Made by a program: the position numbers and the translations under genes. 48,461 nt of DNA from an uncultured archaeon (lineage in GTDB: Archaea > Thermoproteota > Bathyarchaeia > Bathyarchaeales > DTEX01). This document shows positions 9,376 through 19,314 of the stretch, one piece after another. The notes under the pieces are model-generated. The model was given only the letters and a program-made list of their open reading frames with translations, was not told where the DNA came from and searched no databases. Each line of letters starts with the position of its first letter. The stretch's first letter is position 1. The stretch covers positions 1-48,461 of the forward strand of contig CALKGV010000081.1 in NCBI GenBank assembly GCA_938091805.1. Reading direction: 5' to 3'.

Positions 9376-10134
9376 GTGGCTGATCGCTTGGTATGCGAGG
9401 TAAAAATTTATGAGAAGCCTCAATTGGGCAACCCAGTTCTGGTGGAGGGGCTTCCAGGCATAGGGTTGGTCGCGAACATAGCTGTTGCATACTTGATAAG
9501 AAAGCTGGACGCTAAACTCTTCGGTGAGATCAAATCCTCATATTTCCACGATGTCGCAGTTACCAATAAAAATGGTTTACTCACCTACCCAACCAATCAG
9601 CTTTACTATTATAAGGGTGAAAAAAGCAGACGCGATCTAATATTGCTTTATGGAAATACGCAAGCCCTTACCGCACGTGGACAATATGAGCTCTGCGGAT
9701 GCATACTTAAAACGGCTGAGAGCCTAGGATGCAGGCTCATCATAACCCTCGGCGGCTACAGACCTGGGAGGGGCGCTGTTAAACCACGCCTCTACTTCGC
9801 CGCCTCAGACCGCGATATGGCGAGAGAAGCCAAAGATCTAGGCGCTGAGCCTCTGAGAATTCAAATTTTCGGTTTAGCCGGACTGCTAATCGGCATGTGT
9901 AGACTACGCAGCCTTAAGGGCCTCTGTCTGCTCTCTGAAACGCCGGGAACCTATCCGGATAAGGAAGCAGCGCATGAGCTACTAAAAGCCCTATCAAGAA
10001 TCCTTGAAATAAAGGTTGATATAAGCGATCTAGGCGACCCTACGGATCTAATAAATGTTCTGCCGCCCTTCGATTTCGGAGCAGCAACTGAAAAAAGAAG
10101 TGTAAAACAGCCCATGCCAGAGTGGCTGATCTAA
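9376..10134 (+). CDS. PAC2-family proteasome assembly chaperone
   Basis: PVLVEGLPGIGLVA, IITLGGY, IFGLAGLL, LSETPG.YPD..AA. Start uncertain (9349 or 9376). Confidence 0.9.
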   Translation: MADRLVCEVKIYEKPQLGNPVLVEGLPGIGLVANIAVAYLIRKLDAKLFGEIKSSYFHDVAVTNKNGLLTYPTNQLYYYKGEKSRRDLILLYGNTQALTARGQYELCGCILKTAESLGCRLIITLGGYRPGRGAVKPRLYFAASDRDMAREAKDLGAEPLRIQIFGLAGLLIGMCRLRSLKGLCLLSETPGTYPDKEAAHELLKALSRILEIKVDISDLGDPTDLINVLPPFDFGAATEKRSVKQPMPEWLI

Positions 10135-10197
10135 AATAAATCTTAAGCCCTTACGCTAGCATAATCTTCATAATACGTTTCAGATTTCCGAGAGTTG

Positions 10198-10623
10198 CTA
10201 CTCACCCCTAGTTTCCTGCATGAACTGTTGATAAACCCTTTGCACCCTTTCAGCAGCCGGCCCTGTCCCTTCAACCACTCCCTCACGAGTCACTTTGACC
10301 CTGTCCATAACCCATATAAAACCCTCTTTTTCATAGAGCTTAACCATTCTTGGGAAAACCCTCTCTAGCCTCTCAGCAAGACCCTTAAGATCAAAGGGTT
10401 TTTCAATAGACAATATTTCGGCAACCCTGCTTCCGCTCAGTAAAATCTTAGGAATAAACCGCCCATTAGGATCCGTCGCATCGACCAAACATAGGCTTAA
10501 GCTCCCAGGGTCTATACCGACAAGTGTTCCAGTATATGTTTTCCCATCAATTGTTACAACATTAACTGTTTTATCAACAAATGAGGAAACCTCAACGACA
10601 AATCTTCTCTCAGCCGTGGACAT
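10198..10623 (-). CDS. Augmented Sm-like protein (SmAP3 type, Lsm plus C-terminal domain)
   Basis: Sm1 V.V.TIDGKTYTGTLVGID..L.L.LVDA, Sm2 ILLSGSRV, and C-terminal FDLKGLAERLERVFP...VMDRVKVT..GVVEGTGP.AERV. Confidence 0.88.
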   Translation of the reverse strand: MSTAERRFVVEVSSFVDKTVNVVTIDGKTYTGTLVGIDPGSLSLCLVDATDPNGRFIPKILLSGSRVAEILSIEKPFDLKGLAERLERVFPRMVKLYEKEGFIWVMDRVKVTREGVVEGTGPAAERVQRVYQQFMQETRGE

Positions 10624-10681
10624 GATTTTTACTTCCCCACATGCGAATCTTACTATCTAATGCTCAATCATCTTTATTACT

Positions 10682-11968
10682 TTATTGTATGGATGGAAAA
10701 TTTCTGCGTTTGATTTGCTGCTCCAGAATAAGTATAGTGTTCGGTGGGACATCCCAATAGACGACTATGTTCGGACCAATCCAACTATTATTACCGATCG
10801 TTACCCCAGGCATGAAAAGCGTCCCAACGCCGGTCATAACATTATCCCCCATGATCACACCGATTTTTTCCCTCCCAGTATCCACAGGCTCGCCTTTAAT
10901 CCGCATTCTAATGGTTTTTTTATCAAAACGTAGATTTGCCGATATAGATCCAGCCCCTATATTGCATCCTTCGCCAATAATGCTGTCGCCAATGTATGAG
11001 AGATGCCCAATATGCACGTGATCCATTATTATGCTATTCTTAATTTCACAAGCGTTTCCAATTCTAACTTTTCTACCAATGCTGGTATATGGGCGTAAGT
11101 AGCAGTTCGGACCGATATCACTTCCATCACCTATGTAAACCGGGCCCTCAATGTAGGAGCCGGAGCGAAGTAGGGCGCCATAACCCACATAAACCTGACC
11201 CTTAATATGCGCCCCCTCCTCAACAACCCCCAGTATGCTCCGCTTAACCATCTTAAGAACACGAATATTAGCATCTAGGAGATCCCAAGGCCTTCCAATA
11301 TCAAGCCAGTCGCCTCCAGATATCTTCGCAACAGCTACGCTTTCACCATCCCTGAGGGCCAGACGGATCGACTCAGTTATTTCCAGCTCTCCTCTCTCAG
11401 AGGGGCTTGTGCGCCTTATTAAGTTAAAAATCTCAGGGGAGAACACGTATATGCCAGCATTAATCCAGTTGCCTAATGCAGCCTCAGGGGGCGGTTTCTC
11501 CAAGATATCCATGAGCCGCCCGCAATCCATTCTTAGGACACCATACTGCTCCGGGTTCTCAACCTGAACGGCGGCTAAAGTTGCTGTAGGCTTAGCCTTC
11601 TCATGAACTTCAAGAACGGGTTTTATGGCGTTAACTGACAGGAGGAGGTCGCCGTTGACGGCTAAAAAGTCTTCGCCGTCGACATGATTCTCCGAAGCAG
11701 CTATAGCGTCAGCTGTCCCTAAAACTTTTTCTTGCAGAACATAATTAATCTTAACATTGAACCGTTCCCCACTTCCAAAATGCTCCCTAATCACTTCATT
11801 CTTATAGTTGACAACGATCAGAATCTCCTCTATTCCCACCTCTTTAAGCGTACCTACGAGATGCTCCAGAACCGGTTTCCCGCCTAGGGGTATCATGTGC
11901 TTCGGGCGGGTAAAGGTTAATGGTCTAAGTCTTTGCCCCTCACCAGCAGCTAACACTACGGCTTTCAT
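10682..11968 (-). CDS. glmU: Bifunctional sugar-1-phosphate nucleotidyltransferase/acetyltransferase (archaeal GlmU-like)
   Basis: MKAVVLAAGEGQRLRPLT..RPK, LGTADA, WLDIGRPWDLL, then hexapeptide repeats with HLSYIGDS. Confidence 0.88.
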   Translation of the reverse strand: MKAVVLAAGEGQRLRPLTFTRPKHMIPLGGKPVLEHLVGTLKEVGIEEILIVVNYKNEVIREHFGSGERFNVKINYVLQEKVLGTADAIAASENHVDGEDFLAVNGDLLLSVNAIKPVLEVHEKAKPTATLAAVQVENPEQYGVLRMDCGRLMDILEKPPPEAALGNWINAGIYVFSPEIFNLIRRTSPSERGELEITESIRLALRDGESVAVAKISGGDWLDIGRPWDLLDANIRVLKMVKRSILGVVEEGAHIKGQVYVGYGALLRSGSYIEGPVYIGDGSDIGPNCYLRPYTSIGRKVRIGNACEIKNSIIMDHVHIGHLSYIGDSIIGEGCNIGAGSISANLRFDKKTIRMRIKGEPVDTGREKIGVIMGDNVMTGVGTLFMPGVTIGNNSWIGPNIVVYWDVPPNTILILEQQIKRRNFPSIQ

Positions 11969-12043
11969 TGAGATTACCGTTATCAAAATAAAGATGGCAT
12001 GGAAATTGAATAAAAGATTTATGAATGCAATGCATAGAATATT

Positions 12044-12532
12044 TCATTTGTTTCCGGAAATCTTAGAAGTTAGATTTGCAATTGTGAATCCAAACTCTCT
12101 ACATAGCTCTTTGTCTTCCTCGCTTTCTGGAGCCCCAACTATCGCTAAGCCATAATGCTTATCCTCAGGATTACCCTTAACTATTATGCCATGAATAAGC
12201 AGCGCCTGCAATATCGACAATAGGGTTGTCTCGGCTCCGGTTGCTGTTCCACCGGAGGTTGTGAATGCGGCGCCAACCTTCCCCTCAAGTTTACCATGTA
12301 TTTTAACGCTTTCATCTATCAGAGCCTTTATTTTTGCACTCATGCCGCCGTAATATGTTGGTGAACCAACAATTATGCCATCAGCCCTTAAGAGATCATC
12401 CAGAGCAACATCATCAACCTTTTTAACTGCGCAGTCCACGCCTTTAACCCTTCTGATGCCCTCGGCAACCAGCAGAGCTGCTTTTTCAGTGTTTCCAGTT
12501 TTTGAATCATAAACTACAAGCACCATCACCAT
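12044..12532 (-). CDS. Flavodoxin / WrbA-like NAD(P)H:quinone oxidoreductase
   Basis: YDSKTGNTEK, GSPTYYG, GKVGAAFTTSG. Confidence 0.9.
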   Translation of the reverse strand: MVMVLVVYDSKTGNTEKAALLVAEGIRRVKGVDCAVKKVDDVALDDLLRADGIIVGSPTYYGGMSAKIKALIDESVKIHGKLEGKVGAAFTTSGGTATGAETTLLSILQALLIHGIIVKGNPEDKHYGLAIVGAPESEEDKELCREFGFTIANLTSKISGNK

Positions 12533-12694
12533 AATAACAATCCCTCCATTCAACAACCATCCATCTATAAGTATTGAATATTTATTGTTTTAATATATTG
12601 CACGCGCAAATAAATGCGTTTTCCACATTCACCTTCAACAAGATCCAATTAAATTTAATAATTTCAGAAATAAAAAAATAATCAAAAACAATAT

Positions 12695-13636
12695 GTGGAT
12701 TGGAGGGTGGAAACCTTAAGAAAGATAATTCTTGACACGGATATTGGTACAGACGTGGATGACGCCCTAGCCCTCACCTTAGCCATGAAATCTAGGCAGG
12801 ACGTTGATTTGCAGGCAGTAACGACCGTTCATGGAAATGTCGAATTAAGGTCCAGGATAGCTCTAAAACTTTTGAGGCTTGCAGGTTTAAAGAATATCCC
12901 GGTTGCTAGGGGAATAGAGCGCCCGCTGCTTATGGACAGACCGATCTTGGGATGGGGAGGCCACGAGGGGAGGGGCTTCCTAACATCTAAGGATGAAGCT
13001 TTAAATCCATGTGAGCAACACGCTGTTGACCTAATAATTTCGGAGGTGATGCGCATGAAAGGCGAACTCACATTGGTCTGCGTGGGGCCTTTAACAAATT
13101 TGGCGGCAGCGATCATTAAGGAGCCAAGGATAATAGATAATGTTAAGGGGGTTGTCATCATGGGCGGGGCCATAAGGCTTTTCAACGGCTTAAATCTCCC
13201 ATACAGAGAACACAATATCTTGTGCGATCCAGAGGCGGCAAAAATAGTCTTCAGCTCAGGCATGCCAATAACAATGGTTCCGCTTGATGTTACATTTAAA
13301 GTTTACATTGAGAGAGAAGATCTGGAGAGAATACGCGCAGTCGGAACCCCTCTGACAGATGCTGTAGCATCCATGATTGAAGATTACCTAAAGATCGTTA
13401 AAAGAAACTACACATGGCTTCACGATCCGCTTGCCTTAGCAACTCTGATAGATGAGAGCCTAGTGAAAACAATGAACATGAAGATACTTGTTGAAACTAG
13501 GGGTGAGTACACAACAGGGCTGACTTTGGCGTTGCCTGCTAAGCAGAATGATAAGCAAGGACAAGTGAAAGTTTGCGTTGATGTTGATGCCAATAGTTTC
13601 AGAAAATTATTCATGGAGAGAATATGTGCAAGATAA
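12695..13636 (+). CDS. Nucleoside hydrolase (IU-NH family)
   Basis: DTDIGTDVDDA, GPLTNLA, NILCDPEAA, LHDPLA. Confidence 0.93.
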   Translation: MDWRVETLRKIILDTDIGTDVDDALALTLAMKSRQDVDLQAVTTVHGNVELRSRIALKLLRLAGLKNIPVARGIERPLLMDRPILGWGGHEGRGFLTSKDEALNPCEQHAVDLIISEVMRMKGELTLVCVGPLTNLAAAIIKEPRIIDNVKGVVIMGGAIRLFNGLNLPYREHNILCDPEAAKIVFSSGMPITMVPLDVTFKVYIEREDLERIRAVGTPLTDAVASMIEDYLKIVKRNYTWLHDPLALATLIDESLVKTMNMKILVETRGEYTTGLTLALPAKQNDKQGQVKVCVDVDANSFRKLFMERICAR

Positions 13637-13675
13637 TGTTGCCGCGTCTCCGCTTCTTCAGCCCTCAGGCACAGA

Positions 13676-14614
13676 TCAAGATTCCCGGCTGTAATACGGC
13701 TTCCTCACGTACTTAAATGCTTCCGTAGCAGCTATTATCGCCTGTCCAACCGCTGTACCAATCTGCTTTATGGGACACGCAGTCACATCGCCTGCGCCGT
13801 AAACGCCCTTAACATTAGTTCTTTGAAGCGCATCAACAATAATATAGCCTCCTTCATCAACCATTATCCCGGCTTTCTTAGCGAATTCGCTGTTTGGAAC
13901 CTCACCGACAGATATAAAGACCCCATCAACGCTCAGCTCCCTTTCATCGCCGGTCTCCCTGTTAAATAGAATGACGCTTCTAACCCTCGAGTCGCCTTCA
14001 ATGCGCCTAACCTCGGTATTCCATAGAATTTCAATCCCCCTCACAGCGAGATCCTTAACATAGATTTCATCAGCTCTCAACCGATCCCTCCGATGCGCTA
14101 GGTAAACCTTCGACGCTAGATTCGCCAGATAAATGGCTGAGATGGCGGCCGTATTTCCGCCGCCGACAACGAGAACCCTTAAGCCCTTAAAGAAGGCCCC
14201 ATCACATAAAGCACAATAGCTTACGCCTATCCCCTCAAACTCCTCTTCCCCTGGAACACCTAGCTTTTTATGCCTGGAGCCTGATGCTATTATAATTGAC
14301 TCAGCCATATAGTTTGCCGAACTAGTTTCAATAATCTTACATTCATTGTCCAATCTCAGCCTCTCAACCCCCTCAAACTCATGCACCTCAGCGCCGAACC
14401 TCCTGCATTGATCCAGCATTCTCCTCGCGAGATCTTCTCCGCTGACGCCCTTAGGGAAGCCCGGATAGTTCTCCACCCAGGGTATAATTACAAGCGTGCC
14501 ACCAGCCTGCTTCTCATCTAAAATGAGGGTTTTAAGCCCGCTTCTAGCGCCATAAATACCCGCTGTTAAGCCAGCTGCGCCCGCCCCAACAATTATTAAA
14601 TCCCATTTCTCCAT
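13676..14614 (-). CDS. trxB: Thioredoxin reductase
   Basis: GAGAAG, ENYPGF, SYCALCDG redox CxxC, GGGNTA, HRRD, GAGDV. Confidence 0.93.
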   Translation of the reverse strand: MEKWDLIIVGAGAAGLTAGIYGARSGLKTLILDEKQAGGTLVIIPWVENYPGFPKGVSGEDLARRMLDQCRRFGAEVHEFEGVERLRLDNECKIIETSSANYMAESIIIASGSRHKKLGVPGEEEFEGIGVSYCALCDGAFFKGLRVLVVGGGNTAAISAIYLANLASKVYLAHRRDRLRADEIYVKDLAVRGIEILWNTEVRRIEGDSRVRSVILFNRETGDERELSVDGVFISVGEVPNSEFAKKAGIMVDEGGYIIVDALQRTNVKGVYGAGDVTACPIKQIGTAVGQAIIAATEAFKYVRKPYYSRES

Positions 14615-14712
14615 AGATCATTCCTCCCCAAATTAATTGAATATACATCCGTAAAACTATTATTGCAAGTTAGAATATGCACTATTGTATAAGCCCTAAA
14701 GGGATCATACCT

Positions 14713-15156
14713 ATGGAAAAAGGTAAGACAGGGTTTGAGTTTCTGGAGCATATGGCGGACGCCTACATAGCTGCTTACGGCAGGGATCTTAATGAAGCAT
14801 TCGAGAACTCCGCCTTAGCAATGTTTGAGACTATGACGAGCACGTCTGATGTGAAGCATGTTATTGAGGAAGAAGTTGAAGTTGAGGGTGAAGATGAAAA
14901 ATCCTTACTCTACAATTGGCTTGAAGAACTCCTAGTAAGGTTTGAGGTTGAAAACATGCTGTACTCAAAATTCAAAATATTGGAGATGGAAAGAAAAAGA
15001 TGCGGCGGATTTAAACTTAAGGCTAAAATCTACGGCGAACCATTCGATCCGGAGAGGCATAAGCAAAAAGTCGGGATAAAAGCAGTAACCTACCATCGCA
15101 TGGAGATTGAGGAAAAGCCTGAGGGGGCTATTGTGAAATTCATACTTGACCTATGA
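14713..15156 (+). CDS. Archease (RtcB cofactor)
   Basis: FEFLEHMAD, LYNWLEELL, IKAVTYHRM, C-terminal FILDL. Confidence 0.93.
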   Translation: MEKGKTGFEFLEHMADAYIAAYGRDLNEAFENSALAMFETMTSTSDVKHVIEEEVEVEGEDEKSLLYNWLEELLVRFEVENMLYSKFKILEMERKRCGGFKLKAKIYGEPFDPERHKQKVGIKAVTYHRMEIEEKPEGAIVKFILDL

Positions 15157-15241
15157 AAAAGTTCACACGTTAATATACTTCTACATATTAGCAAACCTTA
15201 AAATACGCTGGAGCAAAAACCCTTTAGCTGTGACGGCTAAC

Positions 15242-15580
15242 ATGAGCCTTGAGGAAGCCAAGGAAATAATTAAAGACATTAGAAGTATCGGCCAAACATA
15301 TAGGGAAGCCTTTAACGCGATAAGTAATGTTTCCAGCGTAATTAAGCCCGTGAAACGCTTATTTAATGATGAAAAGAGCAGCTTGGGATCAAGGCTAATT
15401 ACTGCAGGTGTGGCTCTAATAGTGTTCCCAGAGCCAATCGCATCAGATATTATGGGTACAACATTAATAGCGGCTGGAACATTACTAAAGTGGATTAGAG
15501 AGCCGAATGTGGCGGACATATATAGGGAACTTAGGAAAATAAATAGGAGCTTAGGGAGCTTCAATAGAGAGATTTTCTAA
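15242..15580 (+). CDS. Hypothetical protein with a hydrophobic hairpin
   Basis: LITAGVALIVFPEPIASDIMGTTLIAAG flanked by amphipathic helices. Confidence 0.6.
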   Translation: MSLEEAKEIIKDIRSIGQTYREAFNAISNVSSVIKPVKRLFNDEKSSLGSRLITAGVALIVFPEPIASDIMGTTLIAAGTLLKWIREPNVADIYRELRKINRSLGSFNREIF

Positions 15581-16162
15581 CCCCTCTATGATGAATTGAA
15601 CAGCTATGGCCGCTATTAGGAGCGCCATAACCCTGGCGATCACTATTGAGCCGCTTCTTCCAAGCACCCTATAAATTGGCTCAATAAACCTCAGCGTCAA
15701 CCAGACTATTATAAACACAAGCACCACGGATATTATGGTGGTTAAAATCCCGCATGTTTCAAGGGTAATTATTGTGGTCGTTATAGCTCCTGGACCCGCA
15801 AGCAGCGGAACTGCTATTGGAACAACGCCTATACTTTCCGGCGATCTGGATTTTTCTTCCCATCCACCTATTACTAGAATCCTCACAGCAATTATAAGCA
15901 AGAGAATCCCGCCGGCTATCATAAAACTCTGCAGAGTTATCCCAAAAAAGCTCAGTATCTCTCTTCCAGCAAGAGCAAATGCCAAAAGCAGGATGAACCC
16001 CGTAATAGTAGCTGTGTGAAATATTCTTCTTCTGGAATCGCCGCTGATTCCCTCAGTCAAGCCTATAAATATCGGTATATTGCCAAAGGGATCAACAATT
16101 ATGAATAGAGATATGAAGCTCTTAGTTAAATCAGGAAGCATGCTCAGCAAATTTTCCATCAT
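15551..16162 (-). CDS. marC: MarC-family membrane protein
   Basis: LFIIVDPFGNIPIF, AGGILLLIIA, VPIAVPLLAGPGAITT, RVMALLIAAIAVQFI. Confidence 0.92.
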   Translation of the reverse strand: MMENLLSMLPDLTKSFISLFIIVDPFGNIPIFIGLTEGISGDSRRRIFHTATITGFILLLAFALAGREILSFFGITLQSFMIAGGILLLIIAVRILVIGGWEEKSRSPESIGVVPIAVPLLAGPGAITTTIITLETCGILTTIISVVLVFIIVWLTLRFIEPIYRVLGRSGSIVIARVMALLIAAIAVQFIIEGLENLSIEAP

Positions 16163-16369
16163 ATGAAAACCTTTAGCATCCTCAATATTTTAGCTTAACT
16201 AGAGCGGACATGAAGATGGGGAGAAAAATATATATTATTGTGAATGAACATTGAATGAAAATATATAAAAGAATGTATGGAGGAATAAGACCTCCGCCTA
16301 AACCTCAAATCCACCATTCAAAGTAGAGATGCTGAAAATAAATTTAAAATAAATTTTGGAGGTGCATAA

Positions 16370-17899
16370 TTGTCCGAGAAAGACGAGGAAATAAGGTCAA
16401 TTGATGAAATCAATGAGAAAATAAAGCGTGGAGATGCCGTTGTACTAACAGCTGAAGAAATGATTAATCTTGTGGAGAGCAGCGGTCTCGAGGTTGCCGC
16501 CAAAGAGGTTGATGTCGTCACGTCCGGAACCTTTGGAGCAATGTGCAGCTCCGGCGTATTCTTGAATTTCGGGCATTCTGATCCGCCGATAAAGATGACG
16601 AGATGCTGGCTAAATGATGTTCCGGTATATAAGGGGCTTGCTGCTGTGGACGGTTATTTGGGAGCAGCCTCAATAAGTGAAACTAAGGGTTTTGAATATG
16701 GCGGCGGACACGTCATAGAGGATCTGGTTTCCGGCAGAGAGATTGATTTAAGGGCTGAATCTTACGGAACCGACTGCTACCCTAGGCGGCATATTGAGAC
16801 AGTAATAACTATTGACGATTTAAACCAGGCCACGCTTGTCAACCCGAGAAACTGCTATCAAAAATATGACGCTGCCGCAAATAGCTCCGATAGGGTTCTG
16901 TACACTTATATGGGCACGCTGCTGCCGAACTATGGGAACATAACCTTTTCAGGCGCTGGGCAACTAAATCCTCTATGTAAAGACCCTAACTATGAAACCA
17001 TTGGTTTCGGAACCAAAATCTTTCTAGGCGGCGGGATAGGCTACATAATCGGTGAAGGAACGCAGCATAATCCCACATCAGGTTTCGGCACCCTCATGGT
17101 TAAGGGAGACCTAAAGCAGATGAACAGTCGGTATCTACGCGGTGCATCCTTCCACAGGTATGGAACAACCCTGTATGTTGGGATAGGCATACCGATACCC
17201 ATCATAAATATGAGGGTTGCCGGGACAGCGGCGCTAAAAGACGATGAAATATATGTCGACATACGGGATTACGGCGCAGCGGTCAGACCCGACCTAAGGC
17301 CTGTGATAAAAAGGGTTTCATATGCTGAGCTCAGATCTGGGAAGGTTACAATTGGCGATAGGGATATCCCATCATCATCACTATCAAGCTATAAGATGGC
17401 AAGAGAAATAGCTGAAACCCTTAAAAAATGGATTCTGGAGGGAACGTTCTTCCTAACAAGGCCCATAGAACCCCTTCCAAAGCATGGGAAACCTAAGCCA
17501 TTAAAGGTAAAGGGCAGGGAACTGCGGGCTGGCGACATAATGAGCAGAAATGTCATAACTGCTAAGCCAAGCGATGACATCAAGGAAGTTGCTTTAAAAC
17601 TTGTCGAAAAGGGCATAGATCACTTGCCGGTCGTCGATGAGGAAGGCAAACTTGCTGGAATAGTTACCTCGTGGGATCTGGCTAGGGCTATAGCCCAGGA
17701 TAAAAGGAGACTGGAGGAAATAATGACTAGGAGGGTTATTGTCGCCTTCGAGAATGAGTCCATAGATGTCGTTGTGCGTAGAATGGCGCAGCATAATATA
17801 TCCGGCGTCCCAGTTGTGGACAGAATGAACAATGTTATCGGCATATTAACGACGGACGACATTTCAAGAAAAATCGTCGGGGGGAGAACCGCTTTATGA
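16370..17899 (+). CDS. L-aspartate-semialdehyde sulfurtransferase (homocysteine synthesis, DUF39 plus CBS pair, MA1821-like)
   Basis: VDVVTSGTFGAMCSSG, YGGGHVIEDL, GTDCYPR, NPRNCYQ, YTYMGTLLP, C-terminal CBS domains. SD GGAGGTG before TTG. Confidence 0.9.
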   Translation: MSEKDEEIRSIDEINEKIKRGDAVVLTAEEMINLVESSGLEVAAKEVDVVTSGTFGAMCSSGVFLNFGHSDPPIKMTRCWLNDVPVYKGLAAVDGYLGAASISETKGFEYGGGHVIEDLVSGREIDLRAESYGTDCYPRRHIETVITIDDLNQATLVNPRNCYQKYDAAANSSDRVLYTYMGTLLPNYGNITFSGAGQLNPLCKDPNYETIGFGTKIFLGGGIGYIIGEGTQHNPTSGFGTLMVKGDLKQMNSRYLRGASFHRYGTTLYVGIGIPIPIINMRVAGTAALKDDEIYVDIRDYGAAVRPDLRPVIKRVSYAELRSGKVTIGDRDIPSSSLSSYKMAREIAETLKKWILEGTFFLTRPIEPLPKHGKPKPLKVKGRELRAGDIMSRNVITAKPSDDIKEVALKLVEKGIDHLPVVDEEGKLAGIVTSWDLARAIAQDKRRLEEIMTRRVIVAFENESIDVVVRRMAQHNISGVPVVDRMNNVIGILTTDDISRKIVGGRTAL

Positions 17900-18285
17900 G
17901 GGTTAAGCTCATATACTCACATAGCGTTGTCGAGAAGCCCATCCTATCCAGCATCGTTCTCAAAACTGGCATACCGATCAATATTCTTGAGGCTAGAATA
18001 AACGCTCAGAAAGGCGAAATTATAGTTTCAATACCAGCAAGCGGAGAAAAACTTGAAGAAATACTGAACCTCTTTAGAGAGTCAGGAGTACAAGTTCAGG
18101 AATTCATCGAGACCCTAAGAATAGACTGGGAGAAATGCGTGGCATGCGGCGCCTGCATATCGCCCTGTCCAACAAGAGCCCTAAGATTTAGGGAAGATTG
18201 GACGCTTGAGTTCATCGAGGAAAAATGCGTGGCATGCGGAATATGTGTAGCAGCATGCCCGGTTAAAGCGATAAACATGCCGTGA
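17896..18285 (+). CDS. NIL domain plus 2x[4Fe-4S] ferredoxin (MA1822-like)
   Basis: NIL N-terminus (INILEARI), two CxxCxxCxxxCP motifs, ATGA overlap with the upstream gene. Confidence 0.9.
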   Translation: MRVKLIYSHSVVEKPILSSIVLKTGIPINILEARINAQKGEIIVSIPASGEKLEEILNLFRESGVQVQEFIETLRIDWEKCVACGACISPCPTRALRFREDWTLEFIEEKCVACGICVAACPVKAINMP

Positions 18286-19025
18286 AGATGATGATGGCAA
18301 AAAAGAAGATTGGGGATATGGCGATTTACGAGTATGGATTCATCCTTGGAAACTCAAAGGTGCATATAAAATGCGATAAGAAAGACGCCATATTAGCGTC
18401 TGCTGAGGAGATGAAGCGGCACATAAAGGACCTTTCAGACTACATTAAAAAGAACCCGCAAATCCTCTACGCCCTAGAACCCTTAGAGGTCGAGCCGGAG
18501 GCCCCGCAAATCATCAGAAAGATGGCTTACGCCTCAAAGATGGCGAACGTGGGCCCTATGGCCTCTGTTGCAGGTGCCATCGCCGATTTCGGTTTAGAAG
18601 CCCTGCTTAGAATGGGCTCAAACATCGCAATAGTTGAGGATGGAGGTGAAATCTCAGCGTCCACCACGGAAGATATCCCAATATCGATCATAACAAGCGA
18701 GAGAAAACTATCTGGAAAAATCGGCCTTCTAATAACCAATGACGACTCACCTATAGGCATAGCCACAAGTACGGGTAAAACCGATCGGGTCGTAAGTTTC
18801 GGAGAAGCTGATTCAGTAACCGTTGTTGCTGAGAATGCAGCAACGGCGGATGCAGCTGCAACATCAATATGCAATGCAATAGTAGGCTTAAACGCCGCTC
18901 GATCGATCCTTAAAGGGCTGGAGCGGGCAAAAAACATAAGAGGCGTTAGGGGCGCAATAATAATTCGAAACGGGCAGGTTGGCCTAGTAGGCAAATTGCC
19001 GAAAATAATTAGAATAAGAGATTGA
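18282..19025 (+). CDS. UPF0280/ApbE-like protein (COG2122, MA1715-like)
   Basis: VGPMASVAGAIAD, EDGGEI, GIATS, SFGEADSVTV..ADAAATSICN. Confidence 0.87.
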   Translation: MKMMMAKKKIGDMAIYEYGFILGNSKVHIKCDKKDAILASAEEMKRHIKDLSDYIKKNPQILYALEPLEVEPEAPQIIRKMAYASKMANVGPMASVAGAIADFGLEALLRMGSNIAIVEDGGEISASTTEDIPISIITSERKLSGKIGLLITNDDSPIGIATSTGKTDRVVSFGEADSVTVVAENAATADAAATSICNAIVGLNAARSILKGLERAKNIRGVRGAIIIRNGQVGLVGKLPKIIRIRD

Positions 19026-19089
19026 AAAGGTGAGAAACCCTCTAATGCTACAAAATCTTTTAGTGCACCAAATAACAAAGTATACTGTT

Positions 19090-19222
19090 GGGCCCGTGGC
19101 CTAGCCAGGACAGGGCGCAGCGGGCATAATATAGCATAATTTCACCGCGTAAGCCTTCGGAACCAAAAAATCAGATTGAAGAAAGCCTGAAGTCGAGGGT
19201 TCAACTCCCTCCGGGCCCGCCA
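19090..19222 (+). tRNA. tRNA-Arg(TCG) with two introns: 19121-19152 (position 29/30) and 19161-19183 (position 37/38)
   Basis: Acceptor GGGCCCG/CGGGCCC plus GCCA. Removing both introns gives anticodon arm CAGGC-CTTCGGA-GCCTG. T arm GAGGG-TTCAACT-CCCTC. Intron 1 forms a strict BHB and intron 2 a relaxed BHB. Confidence 0.92.
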
Positions 19223-19314
19223 CTTTTGCGTTCGGAATAATCCATTTAGGCCTTTCTATGTTCTCTTTTGGAAGGTTACATCTAGGGCTGTTTATTCTTT
19301 GACATGTAGAGACC

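Noticed and set aside
16270-16369. Possible SAM-type riboswitch in the homocysteine operon leader
   Set aside because: The leader is short and AT-rich, with only a 5-bp GGAGG/CCTCC hairpin and no aptamer consensus.
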